Positions 37,678 through 51,314 are shown, numbered from the stretch's first letter. The stretch: DNA of 64,000 bases from Phoronis australis (GCA_002633005.1 NMRA01000231.1:572122-636121); one strand, 5' to 3'. Notes: generated by a model not told the origin, from the sequence alone. Program-made: numbers and translations.

Positions 37678-37953
37678 CTGCACTTACTAGGAGAGCTGGT
37701 CTAGATAAGTCTTTACTCCTTCCATCATCCACTAAGCATTGGTAGTAACCACTTAAAGAGTCCTGGTTGCTCACTTGTAATTTCATCCCTTTAATCACGT
37801 ATGATTGATAATCAGTTTTCAGTTCTATTTGACCATCTAGAGGGTTTTTTCGAAAAAACCATTTGGCTTCCCTGCAAAACAGATCTGAGGATAAAACTGT
37901 CTGTTGTGACGTATATTGTCGCACTCGAGATATATTGTCGCCCTCGAAAAAAT
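37678..37953 (-). CDS. IgSF gene, exon 2 (Ig-like domain 1)
   Basis: Acceptor ...ggcatag|AT, donor GCAG|gtaagt; 276 nt, phase 1-1; DFFEGDNISRVRQYTSQQTVLSSDLFCREAKWFFRKNPLDGQIELKTDYQSYVIKGMKLQVSNQDSLSGYYQCLVDDGRSKDLSRPALLVSA has core Trp and the L-x-V...G-Y-Y-Q-C signature. The acceptor is less certain than the donor. Confidence 0.85.
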
Positions 37954-38044
37954 CTATGCCGATTGAGAATATATGGGCTCTTAACATCCAGTCGGCTTCA
38001 ACTGGCACCCCACACATATTGTTGCTTTCATATGGCAACAATAA

Positions 38045-39465
38045 CAGCCGATTTCATGAAGGTGTAATTTTAGCCCTAACTTGTACATGTATTTCACCAA
38101 CTTGGTTTAAAAGTCTGAAAGCTTGTTTTTTTTTAGACTAGTGAGTGAGTTTAGTAAAACCAGGTTGAAAGTTTCCAAGCCACCCTACTGTGTTGATCTG
38201 GATTAAGCGAACGAAGAAACCATTGAAGTGCTTCAATGAAACCTAGATCATGTGGGTATACAGTGGCACACAGTCGTAGCATCAGGGCAGAAATTTGCGA
38301 AAATTGTCGAAAAGCTTTTCTCATGAGGAAAATGTAAAAATCTGTGTCCAACACACGTACACGCTTGAAGTACATGCTCACGATTAGCCGCAACTAATAA
38401 TAACCCAAATTTATGTATGTGCCATTTTAATGTCTAGTGCTTGTTTATTGCGGCCAATGGGGGGAGCAGGACCCCTGCCTGGCAAAATTAAATCGGGGAC
38501 CAACTGAGGTGGAACTCAGTCAAAGAATCAGAAGATGCCGTCTTCACTCAACCTGTAGTGCTTACGACGATGACGCACTGCTCGACCAGTCGTATTCTGA
38601 GGAATCTGAAGGACTCCCTTCAACTGGTACTGGTCTATGCATAGACAGCTCAAAGGGGGTCACTGGGTTATGACCCCCTATTATCCTTTGATTTTAATGA
38701 TATCAAATCTTTAATTTTCAAATTGTCCACTTCGTCCAACTTTTTAAAAAAAAAATTAATCCGACCCCCCCCCCCTCCCTTAAACAAAATCCTGGATAAG
38801 GCCCTCGTACGTTTGATTGTGCATTGGCGCACACGGGTGGGCTCGGGGGGGACTCGAATTAGCCCCCAATTTTGGCATATTGGGCAAAAAGGTCCGCCTC
38901 GGTGAAACGAAAAGTTCGAGTAAACGACCTAAAAGGTCCACAAAGTCCACAAGAATTCGGCGCGAATGCACAATTTGTAGGTCTGAACCTAGTGGCTTCG
39001 TTTTTAATCTAGTCTTCGTTAAGTTTTTTTTCAGTAAAAGGACTGCATATCGAAAAATTCGAGCCCCCCCAATATTTTAGGCTGGGTGCGCGAATGTCGT
39101 GTGTGGCTGTAAAACTGAAATTAAAAATAGCCCATTCTCGCTCTAAAACTGCATCGTAAATGCACACCGTGGCATCATTCAGTTGTAACCTGCAAGTCTG
39201 ACATATTTAATAATATTAATCCTGGGTCTGACCAAGTCTAACGTTAAAACTGGTCTAAGATCTTAATACAGGTCTAAGGATTATAGATTTCTTTGGTGAA
39301 ATGAAAACAGACTTAGACTAGGTCTAAGTTGGAGTTAAACCAGGTTTTACTAGACCACTGGTCTAAAAATTAAACCACCTTTTTGAAACGTAGATTGTCA
39401 TTAAACCTGGTCTAAGTTCAGTGTAAACAAGGTTTAACTTTAAAGCACCTTCATGAAATCGACTG
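38045..39465. mobile_element. Non-autonomous PIF/Harbinger element containing nested hAT-like MITEs
   Basis: TIRs CAG(C/T)CGATTTCATGAAGGTG with TAA target duplication (38042-38044, 39466-39468); G/C-run MITEs at about 38640-38805 and 38822-39096. Confidence 0.85.
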
Positions 39466-39639
39466 TAAATGTTTAGAAAGCGACACTTGTCATTAATCTA
39501 ATACCACACATTCTTGTTCCTAAGGGTGTGCATATTACGTCATCGCTCAAAGGAGAAGGAAGAGATAACGATTGGCAATATGGGAGAGGAGTCATTGCAA
39601 CCTCATAATTATTACAATATATTCATCACAGTACATATA

Positions 39640-42600
39640 GCTGGGGAAATGGTTTAAATTCTGATACTGGAATTGATGGCATACGTACTAAAATACTTAA
39701 ACTATCGCTGAAACAATCCCTCAGCTCATTACTTCACTTATCAATGTATCATTGAAAACATCAACAATATCATCAGAGTGGAAAACGGCCGTTGTTACGA
39801 CAAATCATGCTTCGAATATTACAGACCCATTTCAATTATGCCATCTATATCAAAAATCCTTGAAAAATGGGTCCACAAACAACTTCATTCTTACTTCCAA
39901 ACTAAAAACATCTTGACTGATGCCCAGTCTGGTTTTCGACTACTCCATTCAATATTAACCACTAACATTGTCATCACTGACCCTATTTATTCAAATATGG
40001 ATCAAGGATTATTGACTGGTGCTGTTTTATTGATCTAAAGAAAGCACTTGACACCGTCGACCACACTATCTTGCTAAAGAAGTTCAAAGCCTTTGGAGTC
40101 GCCGGTGTGGAAGCCAAGTGGTTTCAGAATTGTCTTGGTAACAGAACTCGGGCAACCCCTGTGGGCAAATATATCTCTTATCTCAAAACCGTTAAAACAG
40201 GTGTTCCCCTAGGGTCTATACTGGGGCCCTTGCTATTCTGCATCTTTGTCAATGATCTCCCCTCAGTAATTCAAAATTCTGTATGCGGATGACACTGCAA
40301 TCCTGTCTGCAGCCACAAACTCATCTGAAATCCAGGCCAACATCCGCTCTGATTAAGCAATCATTTCAGATTGGCTTGTATCCAATAAACTATCCTTAAA
40401 TGTTTCAAAAACTAAAACTCTTCTATTTGGCACCTTCCAAAGACTTAGAAACCAAACCCTGTCATTAAGTATGGATGGAAGATCAATTGAGAACGTCAAC
40501 TCCTTTAAATATCTGGGACTTATATATGATCAAAATCTTTAATTCTCTCACCACGTTGATTATATCTCGAAAAAGGTGTCAACGAAATTGGCGTATTGAA
40601 ACGCATCAGTAAATTTGTTAACAGAGCAACACTGAAAACCCTTTTTAATGCTATCATTCAACCTCACCTTCATTATTGCCTCCCGGAGTGGGGTGTTGCA
40701 TCAAGCAAGGATATGAAAACCATCCAGGTTATCCAAAATATGGCTGCTCGGATTATTCTGGAAGCTGGTGTTAGAGATATTAATATCGAAAACCTTCATA
40801 AAGAGACTGGTATAATGAAAATTCACACAAGATATCAATTCTTATTTGCTTGTTGTATTTACACATGTTTTAAAGGTCTTGTCACAAGATACTTATGTCC
40901 TAAGTTTAAGATGACTACTAATCGCTACAATACTAGGTCCTCTTCATCATCAACTTTCAATCTTCCTAAACGCAGAAACGAAACTGGGAAAAATTATTTT
41001 CCTACAGCGGGCCCTTTTTTGGAACTCTCTTCCTGCAGATGCCAAATCTAAATCATCCTGTATAAGCTTTAAAAGAATAGTGAGAAATAGATTCAACTTC
41101 ATGCAGTGTTTAAGAATTGCATGTTTATACATGCGTGTAAATATATACGTTGTCTTATTTTTATTAATTTTTGTTGTCTGTTTTTATTTTTTATATTTAT
41201 AATTTAGCCTGTGTGCCAGATCTCATATCGTTCATCCTTGTGAGTACTTTGGGGGGGGGGGGCAACTTAGTTTTTTCTATATAGCTAGATAATATACCTA
41301 TAAATCAAATTTCAAAAAGTTCCCACGTCGACACTTACACATTTTTAAAGGTGTTTTTGTTGCACAAAATATTATGCACATTCCTGCCACTTGGAGGCGC
41401 TTTTCTATTGCATTGTTGTGCTTAGTTACTTCCATATGGCTGCTCCCATGGAGTGTAAAGCCTGTATAATTCAAGGTTTATCAAACAGCACAAAACTGTG
41501 ATGCCAGAACCTGAAGAAGCTTATAGAAGCATCCTGACGAAAGCTGATGGACTGTGGAACTCTGTAGATCAGTAGATCAAAAAGAAGAAGAGGTGTCACA
41601 AACGTTTATGCAGAAACCAGCTGCATGTCCCGGTATAACCTGTACACAGTGTATTGCTGTACAAGACCAAGTGTCAGACCAAAACTTGAAAGGACACAGA
41701 AAGGCATATCAACGTTTCAAGACGCCAGCAGTAGTACTAAAGCTGAAGCTGCTGAAAGTGATACAGATGTTACTCAAAATTTCCCAAGAAAATCAATTAG
41801 ACTTCCAAAATTTGAAACACCCAATTAACCTGAACAACATAGGAGCAATCTGAAACATGAGTGCATTACTTGTTAGCAGGAAAGGTATATGGACCACATT
41901 TCAAGAAACAGAAAGAAGTAACAACTTTATAGGTTTGAAAAACAGGTATGTGATTTTGAAAGGTACATCTTGGTGTTTTCCAAGTGTGTTTCAATATTAT
42001 CACCAGTTGTTTTTTTAACTTGTTCAAGCCCTTGGCTGCCTAGGCCTTAGACAATACCGCTGACCCAGTAGAGACGGTGATCATACCATATATATAGGTA
42101 TTCCATATGCCGCATGCTTTTCAGCAAATTATGCATCACACTGGTTAAACCATAAGTCATGTTTCTATAAGTTTAGAAGTACCGCGTAGAGAGATGCCTC
42201 TGAGGAGGCCGTTAATGTATTCAGTTGTTCCCAGTTTAAACAAATACTCCTGCAATCCTGTTTTTTAAACACCCTTGTTCAGTTGCCACATCGACACGGC
42301 TTACGCCAAGGGATAATCGTATGGCGTTGTACTTTGGGTGTGATTTTAAGCACTTTAAGTCAAAAATTTTGAGAAGGCTAAATTGAGTAGATGGTTGCAA
42401 GCAACATACGCAAGTGGTCTTCATCCCCTGCCGTAATCCTGGGATAGGAGGAACCTCTTCTCAATTTTTTGTAAATATTAATTACTTAGGTAGCTGCAAT
42501 GGTAATTAAATTAACGTGCCTGAGTGTCCAGTGTCCCCGTCGTAATTTGAGGACGGTGGAAGCCACTGTCCATTTCATCAACCATTGATTACCTTAAGTG

Positions 42601-44625
42601 TAAATCGATTGACTATGGTATGAGCATCTGATTTAAAAAATTAAATTTCAATCACTGCACTGGTATATCAGCTGAATTATTTTCAGTTGCAACAACTAAT
42701 CTAATTATTAGACGATCAACATTTTAGGCGACTGATCAGACGGCGTGTAAATTTGTTAGGCTGGTGGTGGATCAGTTCCCGATAAGTCCGTCTAAAAAAT
42801 TTGCATGCCAACTCACTCATAGTTAAATGTTAAAATAATGTTAACATTTCGGGTTTTTTTTTTTCAGTTGGACTTGCATCTCAAGCAACAGCTCAGTCCA
42901 GGGCTCTGAATATGCAAATGAAATTCAAAGATAGAGACCTTGTGTTTTAGAAGCCAAGTACCACAGATCATCATACTATAAAAATTGAAAGACAAAGATT
43001 GTGAAGAGTGACAAATCCACAGTTTTCAGAGATGTTTTTCTACAGTTTTGTTTGGGGTTCAGTAAATCAAAGCTTCTAACACATGGAGATGTCCGGCATT
43101 TGCCTTTCAAAACTAAAGCAAGACTTTGAAGCTGTTCTTCAAAAAGCTGGTGTGCATGAATTGGACAGGCAGTCTTAAGAAACGACTGTTGAAGATATTC
43201 ACTGTTGTAGTTTGTGCCCAACTGAGAGATACGAAAGTGAATTGAGGCTAGTGTTCAATATTTCATTTGCTGACTCTAATTAACACAGCTCATTTTAGAT
43301 TTTGAATCAAACGTTTTCCCAAATCCTGCCCATCTCCAAACAAGGACTTAGTGTTTGACCCTTCATTGCATGTGGGCCAATTGCCAGTGTGCAATGCTGT
43401 ACCCTCTCTAATCGACCTTAGTTGGCTCCTTGGCTTTGGAGCTTTGCAGTTAAAATGTATGGCAATCCCTGCAGTTCCATTGACAGTACTAAATGATGAA
43501 AGCTGCAAGTGCTAAAAGAACATGTCTGCTCGGAAACTGAGCTTGTGCTGCAATGCTGGGTCAAACTGTACAGAAATGTGCAGCTTTGACAACTGTACTA
43601 ACATCAGCGACTGCATAACATTGGATAGTTCTTTGGAGTGACAAGACAACCCTAAATAGACCTCCAACCCCGTTATTCGTTTTTTGTATTAAAAAGTGAA
43701 TTTTATTTTTTGATTAATTCATAGAAAGTACATACTTTGGTCATTGTCATGTATTTGTCTCATACTGATTGATAAATGGTGTCAGAGTAATCTATTATTT
43801 CCATACAGTCTGTGTGCACATTGACTGAGATCATTCAACTATATTGTTTTTGTACTATAATGTATTTCTGGTGTATTATGCAAACATGCTATATTTTACA
43901 CCATTAGTCAATGGTTCAGTCATTGAGGCACAAAATTTGCTCAGTCTCAAGCGTTTTGTGTAATTTTTGTGGCCACACAATGCCAGAATAACTTCCTAAT
44001 AACATTCAGACTTAATTTGCATTTCTGCCACTAGGTGTCACTTTACATTTTTTAAATTTCACTGTTTACAATAAGTCTACAATAGTAAAACATGTAATGT
44101 CAGTGTATTATTGTTCAATAAAATGACATCGATGGGACCATATCACTTGTTTTACAAAAAAGCATAGCAAAAACTGTTGTTTTTACAAATGTAAGTTCTC
44201 TAAGCTCTGTGATGGTTATTATGCAACTCCAAACTCAAATTTCTCAAAAATGTGCAACTTTAAACGTGGGAACTTTTGAAGAAACTCTAGTAAATGAATT
44301 TAAAAACACCAAAATAAAATTGCCCCCCCCCCCCTAAAGTACTCACAATTTCCATTTTCTAGAAGCCCTAAAAATTCTGGCCCACAGCCTATTTTAGTTA
44401 TTTACATGTATCTTGTCTTAATTTCTTTATCTTCTATTTATCATATTTTATTTTTATTTTGCTTCACGAACCTTTCCGTGTTAATTTCTTATTCTTTGCT
44501 TACTATTTAAATTTGTCTTTCATTGGGAATTCTGTTTATGTCTTACTATCTGTTTGTTTTTACTGAGGGCCTACGTGGAAAGCAGTGTGAACTGGTGGGC
44601 TACCTTCATTGTAAATATTACATTG
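39640..44625 (+). mobile_element. L2/CR1-group LINE (RT and 3' UTR), degraded, interrupted by an Academ-like element
   Basis: YRPISIMPSISKILEK, QSGFR, DLKKALDTVDH, GVPLGSILGPLLF, YADDT, IQNMAARIIL; T-rich UTR resumes at 44392 and ends in GAGGGCC..GGAAAGCAG..CTG..GGGCTACC typical of L2-like tails. Confidence 0.9.
41205..44391 (+). mobile_element. Academ-like DNA transposon, internally deleted
   Basis: Termini TAG(C/G)CTGTG(T/G)GCCAGA, about 150-bp imperfect TIRs with poly-G/poly-C; decayed ORF start at 41436 and C-terminal Cys cluster CKC...C...C-x-C...CTEMCS..NCTN at about 43500-43605. Confidence 0.65.
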
Positions 44626-46018
44626 ATAAATTCTAGGGAAATTGACGTTAATTCCAAAACCGGTACCGGTATTTCACGCTTCCAAAAATTGTTCGTTTTG
44701 CGTTAGAATTGCCTAATAACTTGTACGCCGAAAAGGATCAATAGCTAATGAGGGACCCTGGATATCGTGATGTAATGGGGCTGTTCAAGGAGGTGCACCT
44801 GATGTACTAGTGTTGATTGATTTGCGCATTCTTCGCTGTCTGCATGTAAACAGCTGCTAAGAAGAATTGCTATCAAAATACGTCGTCAAGCTAAGCCATA
44901 TTATTGCTATTTTCCTGGGTGCAAATCTCCGACAAGTGAACACAAATTCCCAAGAGACCTAAGGTTACTACAGGCGTGGAGAATTGCAGTCAAAAGGGTG
45001 CATCAAATGACAAAAGGTGTGTAGATGCCGAAACCTCACTCCCCGTGTGTGTGCTCTATGCATTTCCATTGAAAGACTACATAATCTCATTACTTGGTAA
45101 GTTTTTAGCAATTAAGTTTCTATCGACATCTCTCACTGATGTTATGTCCACCAGTTACCACAAAACTTGAGACCACCCCATACATTTGTAACTTAGTCAA
45201 GATTTGATGTTCATTGACTGTGCATAATTACATAGTGTACATGACCCCCAACCAATACCACGTTTTCTTTTTTTACAAGTTGAACACTGGACCTGGCTTC
45301 CTTTAGCTATTCTGAACAACCGGTGAATGTATTAAAAAACTAGGTAAACAGCACCACAAAAAAATTGAAAAAGTAGTTACTTTTCGTTTTTTTGTAAGAA
45401 TCATATGGAAAGAGAAAATTTAAAGTTCTCATTATACTGTAGTGTTAAAATACATGTATGTATTGCATCATCATCTAGAACAAAGTTCTCATCAAATCAC
45501 CAGGCGTTCCCGACTTAAAGTTCAACAGGACATGTTTTCAGATAGACCCCCGTGCCACAAGTCAATCCTGGTATACATGCGCTGTACAAGTTAATGTAGA
45601 CGCTTGGTGCTCAGAATTGTTATAGAACAACGTTCACTTACGAGGTATTTCCTGTACTTGCTTTACATTCCAACTCAACGTCATCCCGCACAGTCATATG
45701 TGAAAATATGTCTTTAGGATAGTCTTCTTGAAGTCGTATCGTGCTTATCGTAGCTTCTTTTCTCACTAAAATCAAAACAAATACGTATTTTATACGACCA
45801 AACTAAACAAAATCCTCCTTACGCAACTCGCAGTCCAAGTACAAGAAATAACGATAGCGACCAAGGTCGAGATTGAATCCCGCAACACTCGGATGGCTGT
45901 GACAGTTTCAACACCAAACGTCCGTAACGATAACACCCTGTAAAAAGTCTATCCACAATAAATTATTTATTGTCTCTTTGCTGTCTGATATTTTGTACTG
46001 GAATGACGTTACGTCCAG

Positions 46019-46386
46019 GGCCCAGTCTCTAATTTCTTTACTCAAAATGGAACTCGAAATTATGTTAGACATTTTGTACTCTACTTCTATGCGAACTCTA
46101 GATAAGTGTCTATTATTCTGTGCTCGACTACATTGTAACTTATTAGTTCTAGTTTGCAGTTGATAAACCAAGCATTAAGGCATACATTTCGAGTTTGAAC
46201 TTGATATTTTTGCAAGAATATAACTGTCTTCAAATGCAAACTTGGACTAGAAACTCATATTCATAAAATATAATGTATTCGAGCACAGCCTGATAACCAC
46301 TTATCTTGAGGTCGCACACAAGGAGTAGACAAGTTGCCAAAAATAATTTCGAGTTCGTTTCGAGTACAAAGATTAGAGACTGCGCC
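46019..46386. mobile_element. Harbinger/Tourist-like MITE
   Basis: TIRs GGCCCAGTCTCTAAT / ATTAGAGACTGCGCC with CAG 3-bp duplication; second copy at 49134-49770. Confidence 0.75.
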
Positions 46387-49133
46387 CAGGTCTTAAGTCA
46401 CATTAACTAGAAAACTGCCACGTGTCCAGATAGTGGGGAGTTTATTTGGAAAATTTCCTCTTAAAAGCCAACTCATCGTCACGAATTCAGTTATGTGGAG
46501 CTTTTATTATTGACAAAAACGAGCAGTGTTGTCGAACTAGGCACTTAATATCAAACTGAAAGGTGCACTTTAAGTAAAAAAAATGTCAAAGTTAGGAATC
46601 CTCTTAATCCCGGCTTTCGTGTTTTCGGTTCATGTCAACGTCTTCATCCAGCTCCTGCTGGCATGAGCGTAGCGAAAATTATGACTTTCCGTTTACACAC
46701 ACCTCAATTCAAATATGCAGCCATGGACTTACCTACGAAAAATCCCGGTATTATACAGGCCTACACGGAATCAAATATCAATCCATAATCTACACAGATT
46801 AGCCCTGTTACCAAACGATGTACAAAACAGACGAAGAGGTAAATGAATGTATGGTGGTTGGTGTTGTTTGAGGTGGATATGAATCCACTGGTAAAATTTT
46901 CAGTGAGGGGCTATGTAGATCTTTTACGTAAGAGAATCGGTTGTCTGTAACGTTTCATGTGCGTCAACAACGCAAACCAGACCCACTCATTGAAAAGCCC
47001 ATATTTGTCACCAGGAATACTCTTCACAACGCAGCCCGGCCGATATTTCAAGTGAGATAGCGCAGTTTTGAAAAGATTTCGTCTCTTGCCGAGAACGGTT
47101 TTTGAGCATCGGCAAGGCAAGCCGAATATTTCATATTGAGAAAGCACATCTTTGAAAAGAAGAACCAACACTTGTTGGGAACGGTCTTTGTGCGTCGACG
47201 ACGCACATTTCTTATTGGGAAAACCAGATTTTCAAAAATTAATCGCTCAGACCATTTGAGTCTCATTTACCTGCAATTATACTGCTATCAAATGACCGAG
47301 CCAGCATTGACTGCGACCGCTCATCGAAATAATGTACACCCACGAAATTCGGACACCAGCGGAAACCCAAATTTGGAGGTCCGCCAAATTCGGACACCAC
47401 AAAATGATATTTCGCGAGATTCGTCCAAGAATGAATTTTTTCTATTGGAATTAATTTTCAGTGTATCCGAAAATCACGCGACTCTACCGTATATTACTTC
47501 TATCGGAAATTGGTACCTTTTAAAATTGTTCGCGTTTGCACACGTCGAACTAAGACCTAGTTCTCCATGGAACACGCTGATTGAAGGATGTTTCATCGAA
47601 ATTAGAATCCCGTTGTAAAAATATATCCCGTAGACGATAACAGACAGTCGCACCTTCAAAACAGCTAACCAACCCAAAAAACACGAACCCCGACATTGAA
47701 AAAAAGATTTCGAGTATCCGACAGGAAATCCAATTTTTAAAAATTTCTTAAACGATTTCGGTCAGTAGTCTCAAACTTCAAGTTATGTTCAAGTACTTTT
47801 CAGTTGTTTCCTTCATATCAATGTTAAATTTGTTTGTTAATAAGACAGAACTTATACTTCGTTGACTTTGTTATTTTAGATTTATCAGTAAAACTCGTGC
47901 AACATGCCTGTGGGCAAATTTCAAGATAATCTATAGCCTACACTAAACACCATATTATCTCGGTGCGTATTTAGGTAATTTCAGATTATCTGAGTAATTT
48001 TCTCAAAATACTTATAAAAATGAAAAAATATATTGATGACACTGGTTTGCCATTATTGATTAACTCCTTTAATTATCGTATTTTCTATTTACTAGTCCAG
48101 AGTTCATCCGCGACACGATCACTTTCCGGAATTTGAAATGGGGCGCAACAAATATTCGCTCAAAAACCTACACCGTCACCAGTTTCGCTGTTGTTGCCAT
48201 CTAGAAATGTAACTCAACCCTTCATCGATCATTGAAACAAAATTTGGAATCCGAATTTCTGAACTCAATGCACTCACACTCTTTTTGGCGGATCAGTGCT
48301 GCAAAACTTGTTCTGAAATTTGCTTTGCTATGACATTGCTACAAATGCAAAAAATGAAACCGATAATTTGTTGTGACATGTACGGAATTTCCTAGAACAG
48401 TTGATTGAAGAATAGGGAAAAAAGAAACTGGCCGTTAGGTAATGCAACATTTCATGGCGCCGGAAGAAGAAGCTAAATATTGCACTACAACTTTAACAGC
48501 AGAATAACGGAAGAACACGAATCAGACATAAGTTGCCTAAAATTCGGATTGCTCTAAAATCCCCTGGATCCCCACAACCCTCGACCCGCAACCCCGTCGA
48601 CCCAGAACCCCCTCAACCCACGAGCCCCCGCAACCCACGACCTGTGGGAACAGAGGTATCTTTGCGCTTTTTAAATATTTCACAATCTTATTTCGTCGCT
48701 GAGTGACTCCTTGAAGACATAACTGCCGTCACATGGTGGAACAGAGAGGTCGACGTGTTCACTGGCGTCGCAGGTTTTTGCGAAAAAAAAATCAAAAGAA
48801 AAACACATTCACGTAAGAAATCGACTTTTGTGAAGAAGCTCTGAAAGACTGATAAAGTGTTGTCTGAGATAAAATCAGTGAAATTCTCAGTTGAACCTTG
48901 AGCATTTCATCATGATTCGCGCTTCATTGTAGCCGAGTTTGTTTCTTGATTGTCAGTTATGGGACTTTCGATACGGACGTTTAATTTAGTTTACCCCTTT
49001 TGGTAAATAATCTTGCATGAGTGGCGCACCATAGGGGGCTGAGGGCTATAGATCCCCCCACATATTTCAGTGCTGCCCAGCCCAAGTATTGATGCAATCA
49101 ATTCGAAATTTGAGTGTCCCTGTATGAGACGGT

Positions 49134-49770
49134 GGCCCAGTCTCTAATCTTTCTACTCTAAAAGAACTCGGAATTATTTTTGGCAATTTCTCTTCTCCTG
49201 CGATATCCCATTTCGAATTCATTTCATCTGGGAATACCCCAACTCGAATTTCGGTCTCGTTCGGACATTCCCAGGTGAAATGAATTCGAGATAGAATTTG
49301 GCAATAATAATCCTATGTATATGGAATAACCTATATTTATGTCCTAATCAAATTGCATTGTTTTAACCGCCTACCGACAAGGTTTTCACCGATCAACATA
49401 AAGCATTTTTTCAAAACAAATTGTTATTGGGAACTTCTCTGCTCCTTTTTTCGCGAAATTAATCAGACTGTGCTCGAATACATTGTACTTCATGCTTATG
49501 TGTTTCTAGTCCAAGTTTGCACTTGAAAACCCCTATATTTGTGTTACAAATGCCAGTAAAAACTCGATATTTCGAGTTAAAACTTAAACTTTTAGCCTAA
49601 ATCTTGGATTTATCAACTGCAAACTAGGACTAATATATTATCCACGAAAGTCATTGTGTACTTGAGCATAAAATATTAGACACTTATCTTTAGTTTGCAC
49701 TAAAGTAGAGTAGAAAATGCCAAATATAATTTAAAGTTCCATTTCGAAAAAAAAGGTTAGAGACCGGGCC
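49134..49770. mobile_element. Second copy of the GGCCCAGTCTCTAA MITE with an internal palindromic insertion
   Basis: Ends GGCCCAGTCTCTAA and TTAGAGACCGGGCC; inverted repeat CGAATTCATTTCA..TGAAATGAATTCG at about 49214-49288. Confidence 0.7.
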
Positions 49771-49904
49771 CTGGGTCGCTTGACTGGACTAGCTGGAGTT
49801 CGGTGGTGTTCTATAGTCAAGCAAATCATAGACAACAAAGCAAGAACGCAGAAAACATTACTCAAACCACTGATAACGATCCAGTTTAATATAATTTAGC
49901 TTAC

Positions 49905-49959
49905 CTGCACTGTGTGCGCAGCTTAGCATTAGTAACAACGATATTACTTTGACAATCAT
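49905..49959 (-). CDS. IgSF gene, coding exon 1 (signal peptide)
   Basis: Minus strand reads ATG...GCA G|gtaagc: MIVKVISLLLMLSCAHSA, a basic N-region, hydrophobic core and A-x-A cleavage motif; 55 nt, phase-1 consensus donor. Confidence 0.75.
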
Positions 49960-51061
49960 TGCAGAAAGCCTCCTTCAAGATTTAGTCGTCTGCCGATACT
50001 ACCTACGTTACGGCTGCTACATGGTGCACGTGGAAAACTTCTGCATTTGCACGTGCTACTGAGAAGCCGGAGTGAATGTTGGCATAACCAGCACATTCGG
50101 GGTCAACTATCCGCTTGTCCTATCATTCCACTGACAGTATTGACGTTGTAACAGACCTGACATTTTGACTTAAGAAATTAAAATGGGGTCGATATTCGGC
50201 TACAACTTAAAGAACTGGGTTGCGTTTGCATTTCGGGGAAGGAAGAAAGAAAGCAAGGCAAAGTAAATCTCAATGTGTTACTTAATGAGCTTGATGTTCA
50301 CTACTCTGCACGATTCAGCTTTATCATGCAAGTCACAAGTTATGTTAAGGGGGTATATACACTGGTCAAATCTCCAGTTTCCTATCAAAAATAAGTATAA
50401 AGGGGGTTTTTACTAGTTAGAAATAACTCTGAAAGTGACAAAAATCGAAAAAAGTTTATATTGTACTTAGTTTTTTAATTTAAAAAAATCCAAATTTACC
50501 TCGAACTTTTATCCAAAATGCACAGATATTATCATCAACTGTTTCCTTACGCAATATTCTACTTATGTATACCAAATATATGTACAAAATCATTATGATC
50601 TTGATTTTGTGACATTTTTGCGTTTCATTTGTGGCAAGTACGCCACTTTCAGTAATTTGGTTACTTTCCGTCTAATTACTAAAAATCTAGTCCATATACC
50701 AAAAAACCCTGGCATGCGAGTATACATGTACTTCAGTTCTAGAGGATTTCAAGTTTGCAAATTTCGTAAAAATTGACCCACGTGTTGCGGAAAAATAAGC
50801 CCGAGAATCTTGTCACTGCTCTGAAAACACAAGCCAAGAAGAACGGCTTTGAAGTAAAGCGGGTATCTATTGCCACTTGAGGTCAAAATTCGTTCAGAAT
50901 TCGCGGTCATTATGTTCCAATTTTTTGATGTACATGTATTAGAAATAAAGCTGATATTTACTTCATGTTTAGAAAATGTGACATACCTGTTTGTTTACAG
51001 CCTAATTTTAATCATTTTTGTGAACTTGCGAAGCACAACAGACGACCAAAACAAATGTGGC

Positions 51062-51314
51062 TGTCACGTGGGCGGAGCTTAGCGTTGATCTATTGTCTGC
51101 TGTTCTGGTGTGCGACCACACATCATTAAAACCATGTGTTAATTGTTTGTGCGACTTATCTGAACTCTCCACTCAGTGTGGTGAAAGACTAACTATATTA
51201 CCTATTTGCTAGTATTCCAATATCATATGTAGTTACCGTCTCTTCATCAACCAATATATGTGTTATATCCAATCGCCGCGTTACTGTGTACATACCAATA
51301 TTGGCGACGAGGAT
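51062..51314 (+). mobile_element. Gypsy-like 5' LTR plus primer binding site, truncated
   Basis: TGTCACG...ACCA followed within 4 nt by TGGCGACGAGGAT, a common Gypsy PBS. Confidence 0.6.

Noticed and set aside
47136-47618. 160-aa ORF
   Set aside because: No motif, crosses repeated ATTCGGACACC MITE-like sequence.
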